Shown: positions 37,301 through 49,100 of the stretch, in pieces
Layout: every line of letters begins with the position of its first letter
Numbering within the stretch: position 1 is the first letter of the stretch
NCBI RefSeq assembly: GCF_000315625.1
Contig: NW_005434665.1
Span: 617,220-681,219 of the forward strand
Direction: 5' to 3'
Length of the DNA: 64,000 bases
Origin: Guillardia theta CCMP2712
Taxonomy: Eukaryota; Protista; Cryptophyta
Notes under the pieces: generated by a model
What the model saw: the letters and a program-made list of their open reading frames with translations, nothing else
Told to the model about the DNA's origin: nothing
Databases searched by the model: none
Made by a program: the position numbers and the translations under genes

Positions 37301-39076
37301 AAGGGGTTGGAAAGAGAGGAGGGACTGACTGTGTTGAAGGTCAAGGAGCTTTCAGAGGCAGGAGGAAGAGACCACGCGGTGCTGGTCGGCAGCAACGACA
37401 CGTTGCGAGGAGAACGGGAGGAGATGAAGGAGCGCATGGAGAAGCTGTCTCAGGAGGCGCAGAAGATTGCAGAGGAGGCTCGTGAGCAGGTGGCGAGCTG
37501 GGGACAGGCAGCCCGGGAAGTGGAGGCGACGGTGAAGGAGCATGCAGCCAAGAACTCGGAGGTACAAGAGGGCGTTGGGAAGGGAGAGGAGATGGTGAAG
37601 GCCGGGGCAACCAAGCTCAAGGAGGAGGCGCAGAGGTGGAGCGAGGCAAACAAGCTTGTCGGAGAAATGCTGGTGAGCGCGAAGGAGGAGGGCCAGGAGC
37701 TGCGGGAGTCCATGGCTGGTCGCAACTCGACGCAGCAGGAGAGGATCAGGAGCCTGCGGGAGGAGACGGTCAGCTGGAAGGAGAGCAACGCCAAGGTGGA
37801 CGCTCAGCTGGAGCAGGCGGTGGAGGAAGGAGCTGCCGCCTCCTCTGCGAGCGACGGAGCCTTCAAGGAGCTGCAGGGGCTGCAGGAGAAGCTCGAGGCG
37901 GAGGTGAAGCAGTGGGCCCAGAGCGACGTCAAGTGCCAGGAGGCCGTCGAGAAGGCCATGTCAGAGGAGGAGAAGCTCTCGAGCAAGGTGGGCGAGGACG
38001 GGTCAGCTGTTGCCCAGCTGCTTGTCCCCGTCTTCGCTCGGTCGGAGGCCCTCATGGGCGAGACTGCTCAGTTCCAGCTGGACGTGAGCCCCCTGCTGGA
38101 GCTAAAGGCATCAGTGCTTGGACAGGCACAGAAGGCAGAGGAGGGAGCAGCGACCATGGCAGAGTTTGTGCAGGAGGAAGTGAAGAGGATGGAGGAGGTA
38201 GCGCGCAGCGGGCTCGAGGAGGAGAAGAAGAACGTGCTTGCGATGATGGCGACTCGACCGGAGGTGTCGGAGGGAGTGGCGGGGAGGACTGCCAAGGTGG
38301 AGGAGGTAGAGGCTGGCGCTGTGAAGGAGCTGCTTGCAGTGCTGGAGGAGGAGGAGCAGGCCCTCAAGGCCTCTCTGCAGGAAGAGAAAGACGCCTGGAC
38401 CTCGAAGATGCAGGCGCAATCCAAGGACATGAAGGGCATGGCGGAGGCGCTGAAGCAGACAAGTGCCCGCGTCGGGTCGTTCACGGCAGGGAGCAAGAAG
38501 CTGCTGGAGGAGGCGCGGGCGGGGGAGCAGGCGTTCCTCGAGTGCGGGGAGCGCGAGCTCAAGGCGCAGGAGGAGGGACAGCAGGAGGGGATGAACGGGC
38601 TGAGCGGCAGCGTGACGGAGTACTGCACGAAGATCGCCAAGATGGAGGAGCAGGTGCCGCGTCCTCCTCCCAACAAGGAGTTCGTCTTCCAGGAGAAGTT
38701 CACGGCGACGCCGCCACACGAGGAGATCGTTGCTGGACTGCAGCCCGAGCAGCAGCAGGAGCAAGATGCTCGCTTCCTCCAGATCTGCGACCAGCTGGCC
38801 ATGGGAGCTCCTGAGGCCCCAGTGCAGGAACAGGAGGAGGAGGAGGCGGCAGATGCCCCGGTAGCTGCAGAGGCATCGGAGGAGGATGGAGACAACAAGG
38901 TACCTCCTCCTGCTGACAAGGCAGCGAGCTCGAGTGGCGCCTCCTCCATGCAGAAGTCCATGAGGCTGGCGACGCCCAAGAAGGTGATGCCGGAGAGGAC
39001 GAGGAGCAGCCAAGAGACGCCGACCAAGAGCTCGCAGATGCTGCGTGCTCGCACGTCATTGAAGGAGCTGAACTGA
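34339..39076 (+). CDS. Kinesin-5 (BimC/Eg5 family), 1538 aa, one intron 37219-37339
   Basis: FAYGQTGTGKTHTMEG, SSRSH, LVDLAGSE, NINQSLLTLGRVI, PYRDSKLTRLLQESLGGK, ETLSTLNYA. A 121-bp GT-AG intron joins ORF 34339 to the 37307 frame. Confidence 0.9.
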
Positions 39077-39207
39077 TGAGAAGCAGGGCAGCGAAGTCCC
39101 TCCCTCCCTTTCACTAACGTCTGATAAGCGAGAATAAACTAACCTCACCCACCTGAGTTGCACCCATCTCCTTCTCCTCCCTCCTCCTCCTCCTCCTCTT
39201 CCTCTCT

Positions 39208-42200
39208 TTACAACTTCCTTGCCATGGAGACGTGGAGAAGGTTCTGCGACTGGAAGCGCTCCTGCAGCATGTCGCGGTACTCTTCGAAGCTTCCCTCGAA
39301 GATCGTGACGCTGCCCGGCTTGTCTCCCTGCTCCCCCTTCAGCCTCTCCTCCTCACCTCTCGCCTCTCCTCACCTCTCGCCTCTCCACGTGCCACAGCTC
39401 GTCCGCCACCAGCTGAATCAGGCGCTCGTCATGACTCACCTGTGAAGTGAGTTAGGAGAGAGGAAGGAGAGGCTGTGCCAAACCAGCACGACGCCTCCTT
39501 CGAACTTGTTGACAGCCATGGCCTGCAGTGAGAGTCAGAGAGGTCAGCAGAGCTCGCGCCGCAGGGAAAGGATCACAGGAGGAGAGAGACACAAGGAGCG
39601 GTGGAGGGGAAAAGGAGGAGGAGAAAGATGAGGGCGAGATGAAGGGAGGATGGAGAGAAAGGAAGGAGAGGAACACAGCAGTGTGTGGAAACAGAAGGTG
39701 AAGTCACCAGGGCTTCGATGGTTTCGATGTCAAGATGGTTCGTCGGCTCGTCGAGGAGGAGGATGTGTGGTTGTCTCCAAGCTAATTCAGCGAACGCCAG
39801 GCGAGACTTTTGCCCTGCAGCTAGAGCTCAGGAGAGCGAGCGACCACCCACCCTTCCTTAACACCTCAACACCCTCCGATCCAGACGCATGTCCATCCAC
39901 TTTCCCCGCTCCACTCCCCTTTCCTGCTCTTCCTCTTCCTCCTCACCTCCACTGAGGGTCTTGATTGGTCGTGTAGCGAGGTCACCGCTCAGTCCGAACC
40001 TTCCGAGGTATTTCCTCGCCTCCTCCACACTGTCCGGCTCTCCCACCGCAGCCTGCCAGCCCACCACACATGAGCACCAAATCACTCCTCCTCGCTCCCC
40101 CGCTGCTGCTGCCCATTTCACATTCAATCTCTGCTCGTCTTTTCCTCTCACACCTCTGTCTCCCTCTCCGTCTCTCACCTGCAAGTTTCTCATGTGGGCG
40201 ACAGCATCGTTCTCCATGTCGAACATCTCAAGATGGTGCTGAGTGAACTTGGCGATCCTCAGCTTCGGGTGTCTGCTGATGCCTCCTGTGACCGGGATGA
40301 CCTGCACCGTCACTTCAGCATCGCTTCCATGAGCGGGGAGAGGAGACCTCCGCCTCCAGCAGCTTCAACATCGTACTCTTGCCAGCTCCGTTGGGTCCAA
40401 CAATGGCGACTCGCGAGTCACAGTCGATTCCAAAGTTTAGGTTCTGCAGGACGAAAAGCATGTCACCTCCTCACCCGCCTACTGTATTTCGCTTCCCTCC
40501 CCTCTTCTTCTCCCCGTCCTCTCCCTCTCGCCCTACCTCATAGAGCAGCTTGCCCTCTTCGTAGCCGAAGCTCACGTTCATAACTGAGATGCATGGTGGC
40601 GGCAAAGTCTGAGCTGCGGGAAATTCCAAACTGATGTGATCGGATGTATGAGTCAGCGTCACCGAGGAGACAGGGAGATAAAGGTGGTAGTCAAAAGTGT
40701 AGGAGGGAAGGAGAAGAATAGGAGGAGGAGTCCAGCTGTTGCTGGCGATCATGGGAGAAGGAAGTTCAGGGGCACGGCGAGTCACCGGAGGTAAGGGTCG
40801 TCGTAATCAAGCTCCACGTTCTCCCCCTGGATCCTCTCGAGCAGCTTCATCCTGCTCTGCGCCTGTCTCGCCATCTTCTTGTGACCGTGTCCGAATCTTG
40901 CGATGAAGTTCTTCAAGTCGGCCGTTCGTCGTGCCTGCACGCATCTTCAGACAGGCCTCGCTGCCTCCTGCCCGGACCTGCGACTTCACGATGGACTCGG
41001 AATGAGCTCGTCTTTCTGCTCGGACCTGAGACGAGGAGTCAGACGGATTCAAAAGCATCCAGGAGACAGCCAAGTCCGGCCAACCTTCAAGAAAGTATCG
41101 TATGATCCTCCGTAATACCTGCAGCAAGGTTGAGGGGATGGAACGAGACTCACGCAAAAAGGTCACCATAAGCGCTTCCTGTGGAGGAAAATTGTGTTGG
41201 TAGTGACTCGATTGAGAAATCCGCGGTCATGTGAAACGATCACAACCTGAAGAAAGACGGTGTCAGACTTTCCCTTCGATCTCGTCTGACGCCGTTGCAC
41301 AACGAGGGATACGGAGGGGAAGGGAAGCAGAGGAGAGTACCGTCTTATCCCACTGCACGAGGAATTGCTCCAGCCAAGTGCATGCAAAGACCTGTCGGAC
41401 CAGCAGGTCAGAAGAAGCATTGGAAGAGGGTCAGGGCCCACGTCGAGGTGATTTGTTGGCTCATCGAGGAGGAGGAGGTCAGGACGAACAAAAAGAGCTT
41501 GTCCCAACGAGATTCTCATCCTGGGACAGCAAAGGAACATCACAACGTACCCGCCCCCCTCACACTGTAGACGAGCCTCTACCTCCATCCTCCGCTAAAT
41601 TCCTTGGTTGGCCTAGTCATCATCTCCTTATCGAATCCCAGACCTGGCAGTAACAGGTGAGCGTTTCTGTCCACCTTGCCTCCATGACATGACACCAGAT
41701 AAGATCGTGGCTGCATTGCTCTCGGCTGCATCACTATCAAGCTCTTCCAACCGTTCATACACCTAAGCAGAAGATCAGCCTGGAAGGCAATGCAGAATTT
41801 TCGGAAATCACTTACATCATTCAGCGAAATTCCTGCCTGCTCCTCTTCAATCTCGTCGTTGACTAGCAGGTTTTCCATCTTCAACAACCACTCGCGTTCT
41901 TGATCTGCCTGTTGACCGAAGCTTGAGCATCTAAGAGACACAAGGTGCTTCAACTCACTTCCAGCACAGTTTGCAGTGCTGTCCTATCATCCCCACTGCA
42001 CTCCTGCTCTACGTGGACAACCTGTATCGACATTATCAGAACGACACCCGATGAGGCAGAGGCCATCACGTGGAAGAAGGACGGAATTTCTATGAAGCGA
42101 CACCTATAAAATTGTTTCAGGATGCTGCTACACGTGGCAGATGTTTCATACGCGATGGCCCGCAGCAGCGTACTCTTGCCTACACCATTTCTTCCAACCA

Positions 42201-42713
42201 TGCCGTACTTCGTGCCATACCTGCATCCGGACATCAGTCAAAGAAGAGAAGAAGACCTTGAGTTGCATACGTCAAGGACAAGGTTCCTCGGTCAATGAGC
42301 TCGGGTCCTCCTCCTGGTCCGCCGACCTACACAACACGATTAGGAATGGCAGATCGGTTTCCGAGCTCTCAACCTGTCCCGCATAGAGCGTGATGTTCTG
42401 CACACAGATATCCATCTGCATGCTTGAGCGCTGCGCTGCATTCTTTCCTGTCCTCTCAAAGAAGGAAGGCTTGCTTGTGGCATCCACGCCAGCGCCGGAA
42501 GCAGCCTGCATGTGGATCAACAGGTCGAGGGGACAGACATTGGGACATTACAGTCTCTGTAGAAGCGACAGATGCTGCATCATCAACCTTTCCGGGCTTC
42601 AGCTTCCCCCTGATAGCAATTCAGATCAACTCTCTTGCGCTTGCAACAAGAGTTGCATTCTCTCACTTCTCGGCTCTCTTCGCCGCTCGTTTCGCTTTGG
42701 CGTCCGATGGCAT
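39208..42713 (-). CDS. ABC-F family ATPase (ABCF2/GCN20-like), many introns
   Basis: Start [16 protein letters not shown]; [15 protein letters not shown]; FSGGWRMRISL; [11 protein letters not shown]; second ATPase domain [25 protein letters not shown]; no transmembrane segments. Confidence 0.9.
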
Positions 42714-43542
42714 GGCTCAGGTTCCAAACAAGGTTCTGCAAGGCAAGACTATCTTAGATAATTATCAACGCTACTGCAGCCAGCAAACAGAAACTATCAC
42801 AGATGAATGGGATTAGTAATTGCGGCTCTTCAATCCTGCATCAAGAACAATTCTTGCCGCTATCGTCCATGTACATTCCATTAGCCTGACTTTTACCGTA
42901 TCCGCCTTCCTCACCCATTCACTCAATCGTTTCTCCTCTCTTCATTCAGTTTTCCTTTCCCTCCTTTCTATCGCCTCGCATTCTCTTTCCACCTTGCTAG
43001 CCAGCATCGTCACATGTACGTCGTACGACTCCCTCCCGATCATCCCCAACCCCCTCCTCCGTCCTCCCTCATCTCTTTGGAGCCCCTTCCCACTTGTGTT
43101 TCTTCAACTATCCTCCTCCTCCTCCTCCTTCCCCCCCTCCCCTTCCCCCCTCTCTCTCCCCCCCGTCTTCCAGTCTCATGCGATGACATGGAGCATGCAG
43201 GGCGAGTGCACAGGGCAGATCTTACCCGGGGGTGGGGGTTATCAAAGTACCCATGATATTACCACAATTTGGAGTATGATTTTGGAGGGTAGGGTATTAA
43301 AATACCCCTGGGAACAAATCGAGCCAAAGATACGAAGGGTGGGGGTAGTGCCATCTTTCGCACACTATGTTGAGTAAACTTGAACATAGTAATCTCGGAG
43401 GGGTGGTAGGAGAAATCTTTACCCAGTACCGGTACTTTAAACTGTGATCAAGGGGTAGGTGGTAATCAAATTCACTAGTGAAGTAACAATTTAGTGGTAG
43501 TTAGGACCTGCTGCTTGTTAGGGGGAGGCGGCGGAGAGAGCA

Positions 43543-44249
43543 ATGGACTTTCGAGGCATGAACGCGAACCCAGTGGTCTTCGAGAGGAGGGAGGAGGAGG
43601 GAAGACAGAAGAAGTCGCTCGAGGAGGAGGAAGAGGATGTCATAGACGCCCAGGACGCAGCAGAGATCTTTGATCTGATCAGAGACATCAAGGACCCTGA
43701 GCATGAAGACCTAACACTGGAGCAGCTCAATGTGCTGCAGGAGGGGAACGTGACGATGGATGAGGAGAAGGGATACGTACACGTCTACTTCACACCCACA
43801 GTTCCCCACTGCTCTGCATCTACGCTGATTGGACTATGCATTAGGTGAGTCATGCGTGCATGCTTCCTACACCCCGCTACCGATGCGCAAACAATGCATT
43901 CATGTTAAAGCAAATGACAGCCATGCTGAAAAATTCTTCTGAACTTTGTTTATTATGCTATATGCCGATAAACTTCATTATTGGCTGATATTTTGTCTTA
44001 CTTCTGCTAGATTGAAGCTGATGCAAAGCCTGCCGCCCCGATACAAGATTGACGTGAAGATCACGCCTGGAACTCATTTGCAAGAGCAACAAGTTAATAA
44101 GCAGCTTGCGGACAAAGAGCGAGTTGCAGCTGCTCTGGTGAGCTTGCACTGATCTGTCTAATCCTTGTTTGTGATGTGAAGCTCAGGAGAACAAGAGTTT
44201 GTTGGACGTGGTGCACAAATGTCTGATGGAAGGGAATCGCATCAGCTGA
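43543..44249 (+). CDS. CIAO2B: MIP18/FAM96B family cytosolic Fe-S assembly protein, 3 exons
   Basis: NANPVVF; [14 protein letters not shown]; LTLEQLNV; [17 protein letters not shown]; [17 protein letters not shown]. Confidence 0.93.
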
Positions 44250-44358
44250 TTTTGTTCTTGTATTGTTACATATTTTGGAAACATTGAGTGTTAGTGTTCA
44301 GGCATCAGACAGTCTTGACCTGAGTTTCGCTAGTTTCGCTTCCTTGCGTGTAGACTCC

Positions 44359-45960
44359 TCAGCCGCTTCGCACGGCTATCATGGCCTTGGTGGTGGCTGA
44401 GATCGCAGGGACCTCTTGGCTGACACAACCAGCACAGCAAGGGTTCGATGCAAAACATCCCGGACAGATCAAGTTCCTGCACTTGGAGCAAACTTTCAAG
44501 TGCACTGCGAATAGCTTGCAGTAGCAGTCAGCATAAGCTGAGAGAAGTAGAGCAAGACAACCTGCCCTTTACCCCAAGGCCCAGCTGAGCATTGACCGCA
44601 CTTGAACGCGAACGCGAGCGACACGAGGCACTCTCTTACCTGCCGTTGCACGGCGAGAGCTTCGCTCTCCTCCACCTCAGGCCTCATGGGGGGGCTGGGG
44701 CTCCCCGTGAGCTCATCGAGGTGGAGAGCGTCATCTTCACAGCTCGAGGCGAGCACACTCGGAGCTACGGAGAGCTCCGAGTCCTCGTGCCCCTCTTGCG
44801 TCACGCTCATGTCGGATTCCTTCTCCTCCATGTCGCTACATGACAGTGACGCCATCACTGATCCATCTCCGTGCCGATCGTTGATCGAAGAGGAGCAGCT
44901 GCAAGAGGAGCTGGACCTGGCATGCTTGCTCGCCTCCAGGGAGACATAGCGCACTCCGGCGCGGAACCTTCGGATGAAACCTGCGTCGGGTCAGTGAGAT
45001 CTCCGTCTTCGAGAGCTCACCGAGCTCCGTCTCCTCAGACTCGTTCAGTGCGTTGATCGAGCTCTTGATGTCAGCTGATGGACACGACATGTCAGTCTTT
45101 GCCCAAAAGTGTAAAAGAACCGCAAGCGCGGCACTGGCGTACAATCAGTCTCCCTAGGGAACTCTTGGGAGTTGATTCGCACAAGCTCGTCGCCGATGTT
45201 GATCTCTCCCGTCAGGTAGGCGGGCTCTCTGTACCTCAGCGCAGCCACCTTCAATCTGACACCGTCATGTCAAATGCGATCGATCGATGTGGTGGGGAAA
45301 CATTTTCATGCCGCTGGAGCTGTTCTGTTGCTCGAAGATGATCCCGAAGTTTTCTGCCACATGAAGAGTTCGTTCCCCCCTTGAAAGCTTGGATGGCTCA
45401 GAAGCGAGTCTGCATATGAGGAGATGGATCAGAGACTATTTTGCTCAAAGTGAGCTTCACTTGTAAGAGTCTTCGAGACACGTCGAAAACAGCGATGTAT
45501 TGAGCCAATTGTCCTTAAAGAAAATGTTGGAGGAAGGTAAATTTTGCATGCATGATGACGAAAGTACCTGATCGAAGATGGACTCTGACAACCAATTCTT
45601 GTGTCTTAGTGGTGGGTGTATTTGTTCGTAAAGCTTTTCAACAGTCTCTTGACAAGTCCACATATCACTGGTAAGGTCATGGCAAGGAGAGACTGCATCA
45701 GGCGTATCTACTTGGCAAGAGGCAAAGTCATTGAGGTTTTCCTTGATGTACTCGCCTTCGGAGGATCCTATTGTCTGCGAAAAGATGCTCACACTCGAGC
45801 TGCTTGATATTGAGCTGATCAAGTTTTCTTTGAGGCAGGACTGCACATCAAATGGTACAAGCCCGAACATGATGTCAATCTTTGAAGCTTCCATCTTCAA
45901 CAAGCTGAGAGTTGTCAGTCTCTCTCGCTTCCTCCTCTTGGCGGGCTCTACAGGCTTCCT
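44359..45960 (-). CDS. Hypothetical protein with PDZ-like domain (boundaries approximate)
   Basis: KVAALRYREPAYLTGEINIGDELVRINS resembles the C-terminal half of a PDZ domain. Several minus-strand exon-like ORFs are separated by short introns. Confidence 0.5.
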
Positions 45961-46014
45961 TTGACCTCCAGACAGACTCGAGTTTCGGTCATAAAAGTTT
46001 GTTTTAAAAGCTAG

Positions 46015-46130
46015 ACCTTCACTCGGCCTGAGTCGGAGCCGCCCGGCCGGGGCCCGCCCGGCCGACCGGGGTCGGTGACTCCGGGCGGCGGCCGTAGTAC
46101 GGTCACTGCTGTCACTCGGAGTCGTTCATA
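46015..46130. promoter_or_regulatory. Short GC/CCGG-rich island upstream of the minus-strand PDZ gene
   Basis: Same motif vocabulary as the other two islands. Confidence 0.5.
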
Positions 46131-46190
46131 GTTTGTCGGGGTTCGGCTGTAGTAGACAGTGACAGCCGGGCAGGCGAAGAGGTTGTTAGG

Positions 46191-49100
46191 TTAGGGTTTA
46201 CTCTCTTTCCGCAAGTTTTCTATCCTATCATGCAGGATTTCTAACTTGGACTGTGGAGGACGAAAGTTAGAGACGGGGGTGAGAGCGAGAGCATTACCTG
46301 GCTGTCCCACAGGACGAGTTGATCAATCTTCCATCTTCTGAGCGTCTCCTTGTACCTGCACAACTTGTCATTTTAGTCATGTCACTCAGCATCGCAACTC
46401 ACGAGTCTTCCCTTCTCTTGAGCTCCTTGGCCAGTGCCCTGTCGACGAGCTGTGACTGAGCGGGAAGACCAGGAGGGAGGACGAGAGAGGGGGGAGAATG
46501 AAGCAGTGGAAGTTGAGGAGGACAGGAGAGGGGCGAACAGGAGAGGAACGGGAGACTTCAAATGAGCGACGATCACTCACTTGCATCGAGCTGTCGTGAG
46601 GCGATGGTGATTCTCGGCCATATCACGTGCTATCCGGATGTCTTCCAGGTAGACCGCCGAGCGATTCTGAGCGTCCTGAGCTTGTTGGAGGCTGTCGGCG
46701 TCATGACCGACAGTGCCGTCCTGCGAGCTCCCTTGGATATCCGGTGTGCCCTCGTTCTCCTTCTTGACGCCCTTCTTCACGTGCCCTTGAACCATTCCTA
46801 TCTTATCTGGGCGCAACAAGTCAGTCTGCTGCTGTCATGGAAGTTCTTGCGGTGGACCTTGTAGCGTCTTGAGAACATAATCGATCTGCAGATCTCTCAA
46901 CATCAGCTCGCAACCGTGCAAGGAGCTGGATGGACCTGATTTGCCGTCAGCCCCACGCCCAGCCTCTTGAGCTTCGTGTGCAGGTAATCGATGGGGAACC
47001 TGCGACAAGAGGAACTCACAGCCTGCGACATCCTGGAAACTTCAACAGCTTACAAGGAAAGCATCTTGACCAGGCGGTTCTCTTTCTCCTGCAGTTCCTG
47101 CGAAGCACAACCCGTCAGCTCCCGCAGACCTTGGAGTGCTGAGGGATGATATAGAGTCTGGCCATCGCATTGAGACCTCACCTTCTTTCTATTCTCTTCC
47201 TCCGCAGCTTTTTGTATTCTCCAGCCCCCCATCATATCCATGTCCACTTGGTCGTAATCGTACTCAACCAGCCTTGCGCCCTCTTTCTCCTTCTTCTCCT
47301 TGTGCTGCTCCGCCTCCCCGCTCCTCGACCCGTTGGTTCTCTTTCGCTTCTTGAGCTTGATTGCCAACAACACATGAGGAGGAGCCAATGGAGCATCAAA
47401 ACATCTACACACCCGCTTGTTGGTCTCAGCAGATGCCTCCGACCTCTCGTTCATGGAGATGAACTGAGCTGAAAGCGGCAGATATCGCGAGTTCTGTTCT
47501 AGCATGAGGCCAGCAAACCACCTCTGCACCACCTGACCTGCTCATGCCGAACGCCGGGGGGGAACTTCTGCCAGGCAAACAAGGCCTCCTTGACGCTGAT
47601 CTCAAACCTCTCCATATCGCTCACCTATGACGGCACGAGGATTGGCGTCAAATTCCACAGGAGGGCTGACTTCCTTCACCATCTGATTCATGAATTCTGC
47701 GTGCAGTCCGAAACCCAGCAGGTCCTGAGCCCTGCCGTTAGCCTCCCTCCTTCCTCACACAGAGAAGTCATGTATGCCTCCGCTGGGAGGTCAACCCAGG
47801 CAAACGTGTGATCGCCGAACGTGAAGACCTGGCAGATCGGGGTGAGGGGAAGCGAGAAGGAAGTTTCTTTCACCAGCACGCTGTCTTCGTCGGGCTGCCC
47901 TTCTTCCTCGAGCGTCTGTCGATGCGTCACCTCTGCTGCCCTCCAGCAACCAGCAGCGTGCCACAACTTCGCTTCCTCACCGTCTTGAGATCTTTGGAGC
48001 GAACATGGTCGAGACAAGAAACTTTCGCTGGCCACCATTCGCCCTGAGGGGAGAGATGAGCTCGACTGACAGGTCCATGGCCCATGTCAGACCTTGACGA
48101 ATTGCCACCACACGATGTCTCCGAGGGCAAAGTTGTAGCTCTCACTGACTTCCCTGTCCTCCTCGTTGGCAAGCGAGTAGTTACCCTTGTAGTACATCTC
48201 AGCGATCCTGACATCAGGATCCGGAAGCAAGATGTCTTGCTGATCTCCATCGTCAAAGATAATCCTGCAAGAGATGACCAGGTCTCAGGAAAACATCTCC
48301 CGCTCTCCCTCCCTCACGCTATCCTCACCTCCCTACCTCCCTTCCCCCCTCCCTCCATCTTCCCCTCCCCCCTCCCCAACCCTCCTGTGAACAGCCATCG
48401 ACCTATGATTTCCGCTCTTCTCGAAGAATTGTGACAGCTTCCCCAGATACCAGACCCCATCGTCGAACAAAACCTCCACCTGCTCTCAAGCGTGTGACCA
48501 ACCAAGATGCTGGAGAGAAGAAGCCAAGGGGACCTTCAACCCCAGCCTGAAGAAAACGGCCGGGATGTTTGCATAGTACTGACGAAGAAAGTTTTTAGCC
48601 TTGCTCCAAGGTGTCGGGCAATCAAACCTCTTGCGTCTCTTTCTTCTCGTTCAAGTTCTCGTCTACCTCCTCCTTATCCTCGTTGAGGTTCTCCTCCTCC
48701 TCCATGTCATGTTTGCCCTACAAAAAGAAGGATGTGACCGAACAAGAAAATCCGCCGGAACGAGTGTAAGCACCTGTGCCTCCGGCTCTTCGGCTTCAAT
48801 CATGACGTTCTCACCCGAATCCTCGACTGTCAAAGGCGATCATGGAGGGAAGGGGAAGGGAAGGTGGGAAGGGAAGGGGAAGGGGGAGGGAGAATCGAGA
48901 AATACCATCATCGTCATGCTCCTGGACCGTTGACCTCATCACAAGAAGATTCTTGTCTGTTGTCGACACCCACAACTGTCAAATCAAGTCAACATGGGCT
49001 GATCCATGTTGGGGTCCTCGACCTCCTCCTCGTTGTCTAGGAGCACATGCAGCTGATCGTCTTCGGTGTCGTCAACCATCCCATACAGCAGGCTGAAAGT

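Noticed and set aside
37219-37485. Apparent frameshift or overlapping ORFs in kinesin
   Set aside because: Resolved by a canonical 121-bp GT-AG intron.
46185-46200. TTAGG/TTAGGG telomere-like words
   Set aside because: Only about two copies, overlapping a stop codon; not an array.
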